Assembly (NCBI GenBank): GCA_963756875.1
Contig: CAVWPA010000003.1
Coordinates: 384,001 to 448,000, forward strand
From: an uncultured Verrucomicrobiae bacterium
GTDB lineage: Bacteria > Verrucomicrobiota > Verrucomicrobiia > Chthoniobacterales > UBA10450
Direction of reading: 5' to 3'
Length of the DNA: 64,000 nucleotides
Both the position numbers and the translations under genes were made by a program. Below are positions 29,726 to 39,160 of the stretch, piece after piece (position 1 is the first letter of the stretch; each line of letters starts with the position of its first letter). The notes below the pieces were generated by a model. That model did no database searches, had not been told where the DNA came from, and saw nothing but the letters and a program-made list of their open reading frames with translations.

Positions 29726-31084
29726 TCACAGCCCGCTCGGAAATGTTTCCTCGACTTCATCTGCCTGCCACTCGGCGGTGGGCTCAAGCGGCTCAACGGC
29801 CCGGGTATGATCGTAGTGCAGGATGCCGTCGAACTGGTCCGGCAGTCGCGCATGAAAGTAGTGACTGATCAACTCGGTTTCCGGCCGGTAAATGACGCCA
29901 ATCGCGCGCTCAAGCCGCGCGGTGCGCAAAGGTGCGGCCAAGTCCGCGTCGTCGCGCAGATTGAGAAAGAAATTTGGCACATCGGCATGATGAAACAGCG
30001 CTTCGTAGCTCTCCGGATGAGCCGGGCGAACGTTTTTGCGCTCGGCTGGTCCATCCCAGTCCGAGGCGGCCGTGACCGTGCCGTCGCAGGTGGTGAAACC
30101 GATCGACACCGCTTCTCTCTTAAAATGCTCGCGCACGAGCTGGCCGACGTTGAGCTCGCCGCGCTCGCTCATTTGCGTCGCGCGCGCGTCCCCCAGATGT
30201 GAGTTGTGCGCCCAAACGATGATCTTGGCGGGCGCTTCTTTCTTGCCGAGATGGTTCGCCAGCGAGACCAGCGATTCCATCATGTGGGTGTCGCGCAGGT
30301 TCCACGACGAAACTTCACGGCGAAACATATTCCGGTAATATTCCTCGGCGTTGCGAACAACCAGCGCATTTTGTTCGGCGCAGAAATAAGCGTCCGCGGC
30401 GACCTGCCCGTCGCGCTGCAAATATTCCATCGCTTTGCGACGCAGCGCGACCAGTTCCTTCACCACCGCATCTTCACAGGTGGGCGCCAGCCCGAAGCCC
30501 GCCGCGTACCCGTAAGTTTGGATTTCTTTGCCGAACTGTTCGAAGCAACTGTAATGATGGCGCGCTCTCTGGGCCGCTTCCGGATCGACTTTGCCTAGAT
30601 AAGCAAGAACTGCGTCGATCGAGGCGTGCAGACTGTAAAGATCAAGACCGTAGAATCCGCATTTCCGGTCTTCGAACGCCTGTTGGTCGTTGTGTTCGCG
30701 CAACCAGCCAACGAAATCGAGGACGTCCGCATTTCGCCACATCCATTGCGGGAAACGTTCGAACCCGCTCAATGCCTCCGCGCTGTCGACGTCGTTACCC
30801 GCGCCGCGGACGAACCGGTTCACGCGATACGCATCCGGCCAGTCCGCTTCCACTGCCACGGCATTAAAGCCGCGCTGCGCGATCAGCACCTTCGAAATTT
30901 GGGCGCGGATTCGATAAAACTCGTGCGTGCCGTGACTCGCTTCGCCAATCAAAACGAAACGCGCGTCACCAACCAGATCGATGACTGAATCGAAATCGGC
31001 TGGTGAACCGACCAGCGCTTCAGCCTTTTCACTGATCAGATCGACTAATGCATTGGGTATATTACGTCCCGCATTCATGTCCAA
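29726..31084 (-). CDS. Erythromycin esterase family protein
   Basis: VLIGEASHGTHEFY, VAVEADWPDA, SWNLRD.HM, VWAHNSHLGDARAT. Confidence 0.92.
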   Translation of the reverse strand: MDMNAGRNIPNALVDLISEKAEALVGSPADFDSVIDLVGDARFVLIGEASHGTHEFYRIRAQISKVLIAQRGFNAVAVEADWPDAYRVNRFVRGAGNDVDSAEALSGFERFPQWMWRNADVLDFVGWLREHNDQQAFEDRKCGFYGLDLYSLHASIDAVLAYLGKVDPEAAQRARHHYSCFEQFGKEIQTYGYAAGFGLAPTCEDAVVKELVALRRKAMEYLQRDGQVAADAYFCAEQNALVVRNAEEYYRNMFRREVSSWNLRDTHMMESLVSLANHLGKKEAPAKIIVWAHNSHLGDARATQMSERGELNVGQLVREHFKREAVSIGFTTCDGTVTAASDWDGPAERKNVRPAHPESYEALFHHADVPNFFLNLRDDADLAAPLRTARLERAIGVIYRPETELISHYFHARLPDQFDGILHYDHTRAVEPLEPTAEWQADEVEETFPSGL

Positions 31085-31120
31085 AATTAACTGCGAGAAG
31101 CGCGCTGCGCTTCGCGCCTT

Positions 31121-31146
31121 TTGTCAAAAACCGACCGTTTTTTGGC
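31121..31146 (-). promoter_or_regulatory. 26-bp motif upstream of esterase operon
   Basis: GCCAAAAAACGGTCGGTTTTTGACAA; -10-like TAATTT 32 nt downstream. Confidence 0.7.
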
Positions 31147-31186
31147 GTGCCGCTGCGAGACAGCGAGCGCCGCGATCAACGGCTGT

Positions 31187-31603
31187 CTATATTTTACTTT
31201 GCAGGGAGCCGAAGTGCGAAGGCAACTTTGCCGGCTCGATCCTTACCAAGTCGGCGCTCACGTGCTCGACAATCCACTCGCGGATCTCCGGGGGCAGGAG
31301 GTCGACAATCGCCTTGTGGATGGATGCCGGGGCTGCGAACGCCCATCCTTCTTCGCTATACGTCTTCACGATTTTCGTAATTTCGCCGGCGAGCTGTTTG
31401 CAGATTCTGCGGCTCTCTTCAGTTTCGAGCTGCGGCCAGTCGGTGACTGCGGTGGTGTGATGCGTCCTCGACAGGTTATTAACGTTCGGGATGTCGAACC
31501 CCTGCACGAGCTTCAGGCTCGGTCCGCGCGTCGGCGTCTCGTGGACGCGATACGCCTTTAAGCTGCCGCGATCGGCGATGACAATGAGTGAGGTTGCAAT
31601 CAT
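31187..31603 (-). CDS. Host-attachment-protein / baeRF-like family protein
   Basis: LIVIADRG..KAY N-terminus, FAAP.SI, V.ADL...LPSHF C-terminus; ATGA overlap with the upstream gene. Confidence 0.6.
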   Translation of the reverse strand: MIATSLIVIADRGSLKAYRVHETPTRGPSLKLVQGFDIPNVNNLSRTHHTTAVTDWPQLETEESRRICKQLAGEITKIVKTYSEEGWAFAAPASIHKAIVDLLPPEIREWIVEHVSADLVRIEPAKLPSHFGSLQSKI

Positions 31604-32061
31604 ACGTAATCGGAGACATCGACTGTGCATTCGTCTTCGATCCAGATCTCACGCAGATGCGGTGGAAAGATTTCGCGCAGTTTCTCCAGCTCGCCGGGCG
31701 AAAGATTCGTGGCGAGCACTTTCATCACAGCTTCCGTCAGGCGCATGGGATTCACGTTCTTATCCGCAGTGAAGTTCTTTTTCACCACGTCATAGAATTC
31801 CTGCGCTGTCTTGACCTTCACCGGAGTGGACGCCGGTTTCCAGTTGTCATAATAGATTCCGCGCACGAGCATCGGGAGCTGCGCGCCCAGGTGCGCCGCT
31901 TCCGGAACGGGCAAACGGTCGCGCAACGCATGCAGGACCGCGCGCAACCCATGGTACGCCTTGTGATGATCGTCCCAATGCAACAAGTCGCTGATCTCTT
32001 TCACCCACCGATTGGTTTTTTGCAGGGTTGTATCGAAAACTTCCGGTTGATGCGCTTTCAT
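31600..32061 (-). CDS. DUF2267 family protein
   Basis: FDTTLQKTN.W, LRAVLHALRDRL, LGAQLPMLVRGIYY. Confidence 0.85.
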   Translation of the reverse strand: MKAHQPEVFDTTLQKTNRWVKEISDLLHWDDHHKAYHGLRAVLHALRDRLPVPEAAHLGAQLPMLVRGIYYDNWKPASTPVKVKTAQEFYDVVKKNFTADKNVNPMRLTEAVMKVLATNLSPGELEKLREIFPPHLREIWIEDECTVDVSDYV

Positions 32062-32200
32062 AATTTTGTTCTCCAGTAATTCATCGATTTTGAGTTGGGA
32101 ATTTACATCGCTTCCTCCCGCGGATGCAGAATAATTTCATAATTGTTCGCCTTCCTTAGTCAGACCGAACAGGAGACCGGCCGGGCACGCTCCACCGATC

Positions 32201-32226
32201 TTGCGAAGAACTGCGCAGTTCTTGCC
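32201..32226 (-). promoter_or_regulatory. 26-bp motif upstream of DUF2267 operon
   Basis: GGCAAGAACTGCGCAGTTCTTCGCAA. Confidence 0.7.
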
Positions 32227-32322
32227 AGGCCCGGCCCGCAACTGCGCATTTTCTGCGAGAAGTTCGCGTGCCGTCGTCGTTAGAAGTTGCAGGAAATTAC
32301 GTATATGGACACCGGAGAGGCG

Positions 32323-32348
32323 CGCAAAATCTGAACAGAGTCTCGCAA
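32323..32348 (+). promoter_or_regulatory. 26-bp motif upstream of serine protease
   Basis: CGCAAAATCTGAACAGAGTCTCGCAA; CATAGT 32 nt downstream. Confidence 0.7.
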
Positions 32349-32434
32349 CCCTTGAAGAGCGGTATTGCCGCCGGCGTTTCATAGTTGACGCACAGAAACA
32401 AAGTAATGAAAGCGTTCGCATCGTTCGCTACTTA

Positions 32435-33406
32435 ATGAACGCCCCGCCGCAATCAGGGAATGCGCGGGGAGTACTGCTGCTGTTCGTGATCGCGGCCGTG
32501 CTCAGCGGCTGCGCCGGTTTGGACATGGGGACGGCGTCGGGGCTGACGCCGTCGGAGAAAATGATGTGGTCCACCTATGCCGTCGGCACGCCAAAAGGAA
32601 TGGCGACATGTGTCATTATCAACAGGCGCGACCCCACGGCGCCGCACGGGACCGCTCCGGTGCTGGTTACAGCCGGCCATGTTCTGGCCGCGGCCCCACA
32701 TGGGCCTTATTTCCTGGCAATCAGAGTGCCGAATCCGAACGGCAATCCCGACGTGGCGATTCTGGAACTTAAGCCGGCATGGTATGGGCAAACCGCTTAC
32801 ACCCGGCACCCACAGCACGATATCGCCGCAATCGAATTGCGTATCCCGGACGAACTGGCGGACACAGTCGACTTGCCCTCGTTCATCGATGAGAGCGCAG
32901 TTGGCGGCCGCACAGATGAACCGCACCCGGGCGAACCCGTCTCCGTGCTGGGGTTTCCAAAGGTATTTCCGGGGACCGAGGGAGGATTTGCAGTTTTGCG
33001 TGGCGGAAGGATCGCCTCCTACTCGCCAGGCGGCCGGCGAAGTCGCGAAAAATTTCTTGTCAATACATACGCCTATTCGGGAGACAGCGGCGGCCCGGTA
33101 TTTGCCGAAGAGCGTCACGGGGGCAGACCCAAATTGCTCGGGATTTTGACCGAACGGATTGGAAAGAAAGCCGGTGAGGTGCCGCTCGCCGTTGCGGTCA
33201 ACGCAACCGTGATTCGCGAAACGCTGGAACTGCTCGCAATCCGCGAGCACCAGCCGCTGAACAAAAATCCGGCTGGGAACCGATCTGGATCCAAAGCAAA
33301 CACGTCCTCAACCGTGAAGCTCGCTGCTCCGCCCGGCATGTTCGTCAAGATCGCGCACGGCAAACGGCCCGCCGCCCTGCCGATTCCCGTCGCTCCGCGC
33401 GATTGA
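32435..33406 (+). CDS. Trypsin-like serine protease lipoprotein
   Basis: Lipobox LSGC; triad motifs VTAGHV, HDIA, GDSGGPV. Confidence 0.85.
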   Translation: MNAPPQSGNARGVLLLFVIAAVLSGCAGLDMGTASGLTPSEKMMWSTYAVGTPKGMATCVIINRRDPTAPHGTAPVLVTAGHVLAAAPHGPYFLAIRVPNPNGNPDVAILELKPAWYGQTAYTRHPQHDIAAIELRIPDELADTVDLPSFIDESAVGGRTDEPHPGEPVSVLGFPKVFPGTEGGFAVLRGGRIASYSPGGRRSREKFLVNTYAYSGDSGGPVFAEERHGGRPKLLGILTERIGKKAGEVPLAVAVNATVIRETLELLAIREHQPLNKNPAGNRSGSKANTSSTVKLAAPPGMFVKIAHGKRPAALPIPVAPRD

Positions 33407-33444
33407 ATGGTTGAAGCCATTGGCAACCACAACTGCCCTCCGAC

Positions 33445-33470
33445 GCCAATTTTTGCATCGGAAATGACAA
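33445..33470 (+). promoter_or_regulatory. 26-bp motif upstream of receiver-domain gene
   Basis: GCCAATTTTTGCATCGGAAATGACAA. Confidence 0.6.
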
Positions 33471-33512
33471 GCAGAGACAAGTGTTGTTCCGCTTGTCCAC
33501 GTAAGTAGACTT

Positions 33513-33962
33513 ATGAAAGGCAATATCCTCCTGGTGGCGAACGGCGACGCCGATTCAAATGCGATCATCGCCGAGGCAGCAAAACAAACTGGGCGCGGGT
33601 TGACCAAGGCCAACAGCGACCGGCAAGCGTTTGAAGTTCTCAGCATGGCAACGGACGATGTCGACATGGCGATCATCGATCTCGATCCGGGCATTCACAG
33701 TCTTTCCATTCTTGAAGCGATGGGCTGGGCCGAAACCGCTCCGCCGATCATCGTTGTGACGAGCCTGAACGAATCAGAAGCGGCTCCGATCGCGTCGCGC
33801 CACGGTGCTGCCGCTTGTATCGGCAAACCGTTTACCGCTTCACAAATCGTTTCAGCGATCGAGCGGATTTGTTCGTCGTGGAGGCCGCAGACGTTGTCGT
33901 GCGATTTCTGGGGACATCCGCGTTCGTGGCGGGACCGCGCGGCTTTAAATCAGCCGGCATAA
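33513..33962 (+). CDS. Single-domain response regulator receiver
   Basis: AIIDLD, PIIVVT, GA...IGKPF; the N-terminal acidic pair is atypical. Confidence 0.75.
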   Translation: MKGNILLVANGDADSNAIIAEAAKQTGRGLTKANSDRQAFEVLSMATDDVDMAIIDLDPGIHSLSILEAMGWAETAPPIIVVTSLNESEAAPIASRHGAAACIGKPFTASQIVSAIERICSSWRPQTLSCDFWGHPRSWRDRAALNQPA

Positions 33963-34037
33963 ACACCAAGCCCGGAGCGCGTTCGAAGCGGTCGTCTCCT
34001 TACCTTGCGTTTCAATTTCAAGATGACTAACTCGCAA

Positions 34038-34700
34038 CTATTGCGACACAGATTGGCGCCCGGGAGCCTGCGCGAGAATTTCGCGGACTTCATCGTCGGT
34101 TGTTTGTCCGAATTCCTCGTACCATTGGCCCACGGCGTAGAAGTTTTCGGGCACCATCACCGCGGCGACATCGTCGGCTGCCTGCCGAATTTGATAGTAG
34201 GTCGATGCGGCGATCACCGGCGCGGCGACGACAATACGGCCTGCGTTTAATTGCCGCAGCGCGGCGACGGCGGCCATCATGGTCGAGCCCGTGGCGATTC
34301 CGTCATCAACAAGGATGACCGTTTTTCCTTCGATATCCGGCCGCGGACGATCGCCGCGATAAAGTTTTTCGCGCCGCTGGAGTTCGGCCAGCTCTTCCGC
34401 GGTGACGGCTTCGATGACTTCGTCCGGAATCCGCAAAGTGTTTACAACATCGCCATTGAGCACGCGGACACCGCCGGAGGCGATGGCGCCCATGGCCAGT
34501 TCCGGATGGCCGGGCAAACCAAGTTTGCGGACCACAAAGACATCCAGTGGCACGTTTAATTTTTTTGCGACTTCGGCGGCGACCGGCACGCCGCCGCGCG
34601 GCAGCGCAAGGACAAGCACATCGTCCCGGTTTACGTAGTTGCCGAGATTTTCCGCCAGAAACCGGCCGGCTTCAGATCGATTCAGAAATCGTGTTTTCAT
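34038..34700 (-). CDS. Phosphoribosyltransferase (Rv0571c / Rv2030c N-terminal type)
   Basis: [38 protein letters not shown]. Confidence 0.9.
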   Translation of the reverse strand: MKTRFLNRSEAGRFLAENLGNYVNRDDVLVLALPRGGVPVAAEVAKKLNVPLDVFVVRKLGLPGHPELAMGAIASGGVRVLNGDVVNTLRIPDEVIEAVTAEELAELQRREKLYRGDRPRPDIEGKTVILVDDGIATGSTMMAAVAALRQLNAGRIVVAAPVIAASTYYQIRQAADDVAAVMVPENFYAVGQWYEEFGQTTDDEVREILAQAPGRQSVSQ

Positions 34701-34755
34701 GCTTGGGCCTCCTGAGGTTACCTTGTTCGTTCCCGTCGGGCGGGCTCTGCGAAAC

Positions 34756-34781
34756 TTGGCAAAGGCTGCGCTAATTTTGCG
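34756..34781 (-). promoter_or_regulatory. 26-bp motif upstream of PRTase
   Basis: CGCAAAATTAGCGCAGCCTTTGCCAA. Confidence 0.7.
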
Positions 34782-34862
34782 GGGCCCGGAGAGGGGACGC
34801 GTCTGCAGAACCGGACGGGGGAGCGCCCGTTCGTGACTTACGTGCTGTACTCTTTGGGAGGA

Positions 34863-34888
34863 CGCAATATCTGCGCAGGGATTGGCAA
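34863..34888 (+). promoter_or_regulatory. 26-bp motif upstream of hsp20
   Basis: CGCAATATCTGCGCAGGGATTGGCAA. Confidence 0.7.
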
Positions 34889-34950
34889 GAGATGGTGAGC
34901 GGTGTTCGGATGGCGTGATCTGCTTGTACTCAGGCAAGGAAAGGAAAGTT

Positions 34951-35403
34951 ATGGATACACTCACAACCTGGAACCCGTTCCGGGAGTTGGATGAGGTTCA
35001 AAACCGTCTAAGCACATTCTTCGGCGGTTTCCCCCCTCGTCTCTTCGGGAATGGCAAGAAACTCAAAATGACCGACTGGTCGCCCCTGGTGGACATCATC
35101 GAGGACGACAAGGAGTACCTGGTCAAAGCCGATCTGCCGGAGATGAAGAAAGACGACGTTAAAGTGACAATGGAAAACGGCGTGCTGAGCATCTCAGGCG
35201 AGCGCAAGGTCGAGAAAGAAGAAAAGAACAAAAAGTACCATCGCATCGAACGCTCAATCGGCACCTTTGAGCGCACATTTACCGTGCCCGAGGATGCCGA
35301 TCCAAGTAAGATCGCCGCCGAGTTCAAGGAAGGCGTGTTAACGGTCCACCTGCCGAAGAGCCCGGCAGCAAAACCGAAACCCATCGAGGTCAAAGTACAG
35401 TAG
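34951..35403 (+). CDS. Hsp20/alpha-crystallin small heat-shock protein
   Basis: [45 protein letters not shown]. Confidence 0.95.
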   Translation: MDTLTTWNPFRELDEVQNRLSTFFGGFPPRLFGNGKKLKMTDWSPLVDIIEDDKEYLVKADLPEMKKDDVKVTMENGVLSISGERKVEKEEKNKKYHRIERSIGTFERTFTVPEDADPSKIAAEFKEGVLTVHLPKSPAAKPKPIEVKVQ

Positions 35404-35411
35404 TCAAACGG

Positions 35412-35444
35412 AACGGCGGCGTCCTTCGTTCGGACGCCGCCGTT
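35412..35444. terminator. Hairpin between convergent genes
   Basis: AACGGCGGCGTCC-7nt-GGACGCCGCCGTT just after the hsp20 stop. Confidence 0.7.
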
Positions 35445-35460
35445 TGCGTCGTTTTGGCTT

Positions 35461-36363
35461 TCAGAAAGCGGCAGTAGGACGAACGTCGACGATGCCCCAG
35501 AGCATTGCGCGGTCTTGGGCCGCATGGTTGGTCTGCATTAAGAGATGAGGTTCGCGGAAGCTCCGCAACACCACCAAAGCCCCGGGCGCAGCTGCGCGTC
35601 GCACCCCGGCGAATAGTCGCCGCTCGTAGGCCGGGTTCGCTCCATCAAGAATGTTGGAAAGAGAAAACCCGGTGAAACTGCCGGCGGGCTGGCGTTCAAG
35701 AAAAGCAGCCGCGTCGGCGCATTCGAGTTGAATCTGCCCGCGCTCCGCGAAATCGTTGGTCGAGGAGGAGATGTCTCCAAGAAGAAGGGCCCGAGCGTAC
35801 GGATTTTTGCGGTTAGGGTGCAGCGTAAAACAGCGCTCCATCCGCCCCCGCATGATGGCTCCGAAATTCGGCGGTAGACGATTAAGAAATGACCGGGAGT
35901 ACATGGCCCGCAGCACGGGCCGCGAGAACAACAAATCAAAGGCCGCGCGGAATCGCAGCGTATCGAGGTGACGGCGCCAGTAAAGGATCTGCTCTTTCGG
36001 ATTGTCGAAATCGAGGAACGCTTGCACCGTTCGCCTCCTCCATCCGGCCAGAGGCCCGAGGGCGCGCAGGAATGCAAGGATGCGATCGGCACTACCGCGT
36101 TGGACTGGTGCCCTCCCCAGGCGCCGTTCGACATAGGCAAGTTGAACGGGATTGATGTCAACGGCCACCACCTTGTGATGAGCGGCAAGCTTCATCGCGG
36201 TGCAGCCGGCGGATGCGATGCAAAAAATGTGTCCGCCAGACGCAAATGCACCGAGCTCAATCGCTGCGTCTTCGTACATGCGCCCGAACAACAACTTGCG
36301 CGGTCCGGCGCGCGCATTGAAGCGCCCGCTCTCCCAGGCCGTTTCTGGGGCGGCGGAACTCAC
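35461..36363 (-). CDS. DUF3419/BtaA-like SAM-dependent protein
   Basis: LFGRMYED, CIASAGC, AVDINPVQL, FSLSNILD; GTGA overlap with the upstream gene. Confidence 0.65.
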   Translation of the reverse strand: MSSAAPETAWESGRFNARAGPRKLLFGRMYEDAAIELGAFASGGHIFCIASAGCTAMKLAAHHKVVAVDINPVQLAYVERRLGRAPVQRGSADRILAFLRALGPLAGWRRRTVQAFLDFDNPKEQILYWRRHLDTLRFRAAFDLLFSRPVLRAMYSRSFLNRLPPNFGAIMRGRMERCFTLHPNRKNPYARALLLGDISSSTNDFAERGQIQLECADAAAFLERQPAGSFTGFSLSNILDGANPAYERRLFAGVRRAAAPGALVVLRSFREPHLLMQTNHAAQDRAMLWGIVDVRPTAAF

Positions 36364-36749
36364 CCCCATGCAGGAAAACTGGCCGAAACCCAGACGAGTA
36401 CGAGGAAAGCAAAATTTTTGAGCACCATCCCGACCGGATCGTGAATGATGCGCCGCGCCCATAGAAGGCCGCAAGCGTTCAACGCAACAAGCAGCGCCGT
36501 TTGAATAAATGCGCAAAGAACCGGGGCGATTCCGGTCAGGACCCAGATCCCAAGAGTAACTTCGACAACTCCCAGCAATTTTAGGAACGCCGCCCCGACA
36601 CGCGGTCCGTAGTGAGGCACAGCTTCGACGACTTGCTTCTGGCGCGGTTCACCGTTGAGCAGCTTGCACCATAAACCTTCATAGAGCCAAACGGCAGCTA
36701 CTGCGGCATGGATCATCCACAATGGCGGCAACAAAAGCGATGCGCTCAT
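36360..36749 (-). CDS. DoxX-like membrane protein
   Basis: AVWLYEGLWCKLL, LGVVEV.LG.W.L.G, DP.G...KN pattern; ATGA overlap. Confidence 0.65.
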   Translation of the reverse strand: MSASLLLPPLWMIHAAVAAVWLYEGLWCKLLNGEPRQKQVVEAVPHYGPRVGAAFLKLLGVVEVTLGIWVLTGIAPVLCAFIQTALLVALNACGLLWARRIIHDPVGMVLKNFAFLVLVWVSASFPAWG

Positions 36750-37255
36750 TGCTTTTGTTGCGTGGTCGAGCGCGGCCATAGATTACTCCGCATGGCGGCG
36801 AAGATATGGCGGTGAAACGAGTGGCAGACCAATGCTTCAAAACGCCCGCATAACCAGCGGGGATGATAAGGACTTGCATAGCGAGTTGCCAGAGCGACCC
36901 GGGTTTCGTTCTCCGAAAGCTTGCGCAGGGTGTAACCGCCTCCCAGGAGCTTTATCCCTCCGCCGAACGCGAGGTTTTGCTCGATGACTTCGAAGGTATA
37001 ATCGCGCGCCTGAATTATCTGAGTCACTCGCTTTAGCAAATGTCCGCTTACGTAACGACATTTGACCTCGCCGCCCACTTCGATCTTGCAACCTTCGCTC
37101 CCGATCGGAATCGGAACGAGTTGACGCAAAAAAAACGCCGGGCGCGCTGCAATCTCTTCATAAAACATCAGAGCATTCCACACCGCTTCGGGCGGGGCCG
37201 AAAAGTCCTGGAGAGTAACAACTACCGAAGCCGACCGTGGCCTCGTGCCAGACAT
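36746..37255 (-). CDS. SRPBCC/START-like protein
   Basis: F.APPEAVWN.L N-terminus, beta-rich core, C-terminal helix (FHRHIF). Start uncertain. Confidence 0.55.
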   Translation of the reverse strand: MSGTRPRSASVVVTLQDFSAPPEAVWNALMFYEEIAARPAFFLRQLVPIPIGSEGCKIEVGGEVKCRYVSGHLLKRVTQIIQARDYTFEVIEQNLAFGGGIKLLGGGYTLRKLSENETRVALATRYASPYHPRWLCGRFEALVCHSFHRHIFAAMRSNLWPRSTTQQKQ

Positions 37256-37316
37256 TGAGGGTTGCGCACCGGCGGTTCGGTTTAATGACGTACCGGTCGT
37301 ATTCACCTGCCGTTGA

Positions 37317-38287
37317 TCACTGAGCAATAAAGCCGAGCGATACCAATAGCGGTTCGTCGATTGCAGAGGTGATCGGCAGCCCGTTATCGCGCTGATAATT
37401 TGCGATGGCCACCCGAGTCAGCGGGCCGATTATGCCATCCACGGCGTCCTGATAATATCCGAGCTGTTGCAACGCGCCCTGCACGTTCGCCACCACCTGG
37501 TCAGGGGGAAGGCTATCGTATCCGTAGATCGGCTCGTTGTAATCATAATAGGAGTAGTACGGATCGTAGCCCCATGCCGGATACCACCAGCCCGCGTCCC
37601 AGGCCCAAAAACCCCAGTCGAAGAAAATGATGGCTGCACAGTGATTTCTCCACCAATCGCGACCGTGATGATGATGATAATGTTCCTCATGTTTCCAGTG
37701 CGCCTGGGCGAAGTTATCGCGCTTGCCATTCCAATTGCGCAACCGTGCCGAAGTTTGCGGATCCAGTCTGCTCCTGCCTCTCCAGTTGCTGTGCGACCAT
37801 TTGCCGGGGTTCGCGGCACTCGCATAATTGTTGGTGGTGGCGCGGTGCCTCGTGTTTCGGCCGTTTTGCGACGAAACCCCGGCATTATTGCGGGCCCCGG
37901 TAGAAGTGCGCACTCGAGCCGTGCGACTTACGCCATTGAGCGTTGAATGATGAACAGTAGTCGAGCCGCGTACCGCCGGGTAGGACAACCTTGGGCTACC
38001 GATGGCACGGGCTCCGTACCCGGTACTTGGGTGATAATATTGCCGTCCGGTCCAGCCGCTGGCGGAATAATGTCGAGGTGCCGAGCTGAAGTGAGCGCCT
38101 CCAGCGGAACCATGCGAAATTCCGCCACTGCCGCTACCACCGCCGCCGCCGCCGCCCCGCTACCACCGCCTCCTCCTCCGCCATTGCCACCGCCACCGCC
38201 ATTGCCACCGCCTTTGGCAAAAGCGACCGGAGTAGTCAAAGTGAGCGACAGCCCGATTAATGCGATTGGGATTCGTGATATTTTCAT
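37317..38287 (-). CDS. Secreted Gly/His/Trp-rich protein with C-terminal peptidoglycan-binding domain; frameshift in the GGC tract near 38155
   Basis: Signal peptide in ORF 37928..38287; PG_binding_1 motif VQGALQQLGYY..AVDGIIGPLTR.AI..YQ..NGL in ORF 37317..37988; span is one base short of in-frame. Confidence 0.75.
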
Positions 38288-38296
38288 AAAAGTCTT

Positions 38297-39082
38297 TTAG
38301 TCAGCCGGCGAGAGCATGTGATACTTGCTGCGTTCCAAGATTGGCCCCTGAGTGCTTCCACTCAAAAATTGAACGACCACCGGATTCTTTGATTGCTTGA
38401 TTTCTTCGGGCGCGCTTTCCTCGATAATTTCTCCGCGGTGCAACATTGCCATGCGCGTTGCCACATGGAAAGCGCTGTCCATTAAATGGGTAACGATAAT
38501 CGATGTCGTCTGCGTTTTCTTTGTCAGATCGATAATCAATTCGTCGATTAACGCGCCAATTACGGGATCAAGTCCTTGAGTCGGTTCGTCGAAAAGAATT
38601 AATTCCGGTTCCATCACCAGGGCGCGAGCCAGACCGACTCGTTTGCGCATGCCCCCGCTCAGTTCGTACGGCATCAATTTGTCCTCGCCAGCCAGTTCGA
38701 CCATTTCCAGTTTTTCATCGACAATTCTGTCGATCTCCTCCGGGGTTTTGTCGGTCAGCTCCTGTAATGGCAGGGCCAGATTCTCCCGCACCGTGAGCGA
38801 GCTGAGCAGCGCGGCATCCTGATAGACCATGCCAATGCGAGTCCGGACTTGTTCCAGATCGCGGTCGGTCATTTTGGAAATTTCGTGGTCCTTAAAGAAG
38901 ACCGAGCCTTCGTTCGGTTTCAGGATCCCGAGAATCAGGCGAAGGATGGTGGTTTTGCCCGCGCCGCTCTGCCCGATGATTACCAGCCGCTCCTGCGGAG
39001 CGACGGCGAGGGAGACATGGTCGAGCACCCGCTTTTCGCCGAAGCTAAGGCAGACATCATCGAGTTTAACCACGGGTGCCAT
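38297..39082 (-). CDS. ABC ATP-binding protein, MlaF/Ttg2A type
   Basis: GQSGAGKT, LSGGMRKRVGLARAL, FDEPTQGLDP, NPVVVQF. Confidence 0.88.
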   Translation of the reverse strand: MAPVVKLDDVCLSFGEKRVLDHVSLAVAPQERLVIIGQSGAGKTTILRLILGILKPNEGSVFFKDHEISKMTDRDLEQVRTRIGMVYQDAALLSSLTVRENLALPLQELTDKTPEEIDRIVDEKLEMVELAGEDKLMPYELSGGMRKRVGLARALVMEPELILFDEPTQGLDPVIGALIDELIIDLTKKTQTTSIIVTHLMDSAFHVATRMAMLHRGEIIEESAPEEIKQSKNPVVVQFLSGSTQGPILERSKYHMLSPAD

Positions 39083-39160
39083 GACGCGTTGAGAAGCTAA
39101 CTCACCGGAACTCGAAAGGACAGGCGTGAGCGATCTTAGCATTGTAATCTCTTAACGCGG

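Noticed and set aside
29726..31084. Erythromycin esterase as an antibiotic resistance gene
   Set aside because: Sequence and context fit the Rv2030c-like stress-associated group; nothing supports macrolide resistance.
38130..38215. GCC/CCA-rich tandem repeats
   Set aside because: Poly-Gly coding tract, not a CRISPR array or separate repeat element. No CRISPR array or cas gene was seen anywhere in the window.
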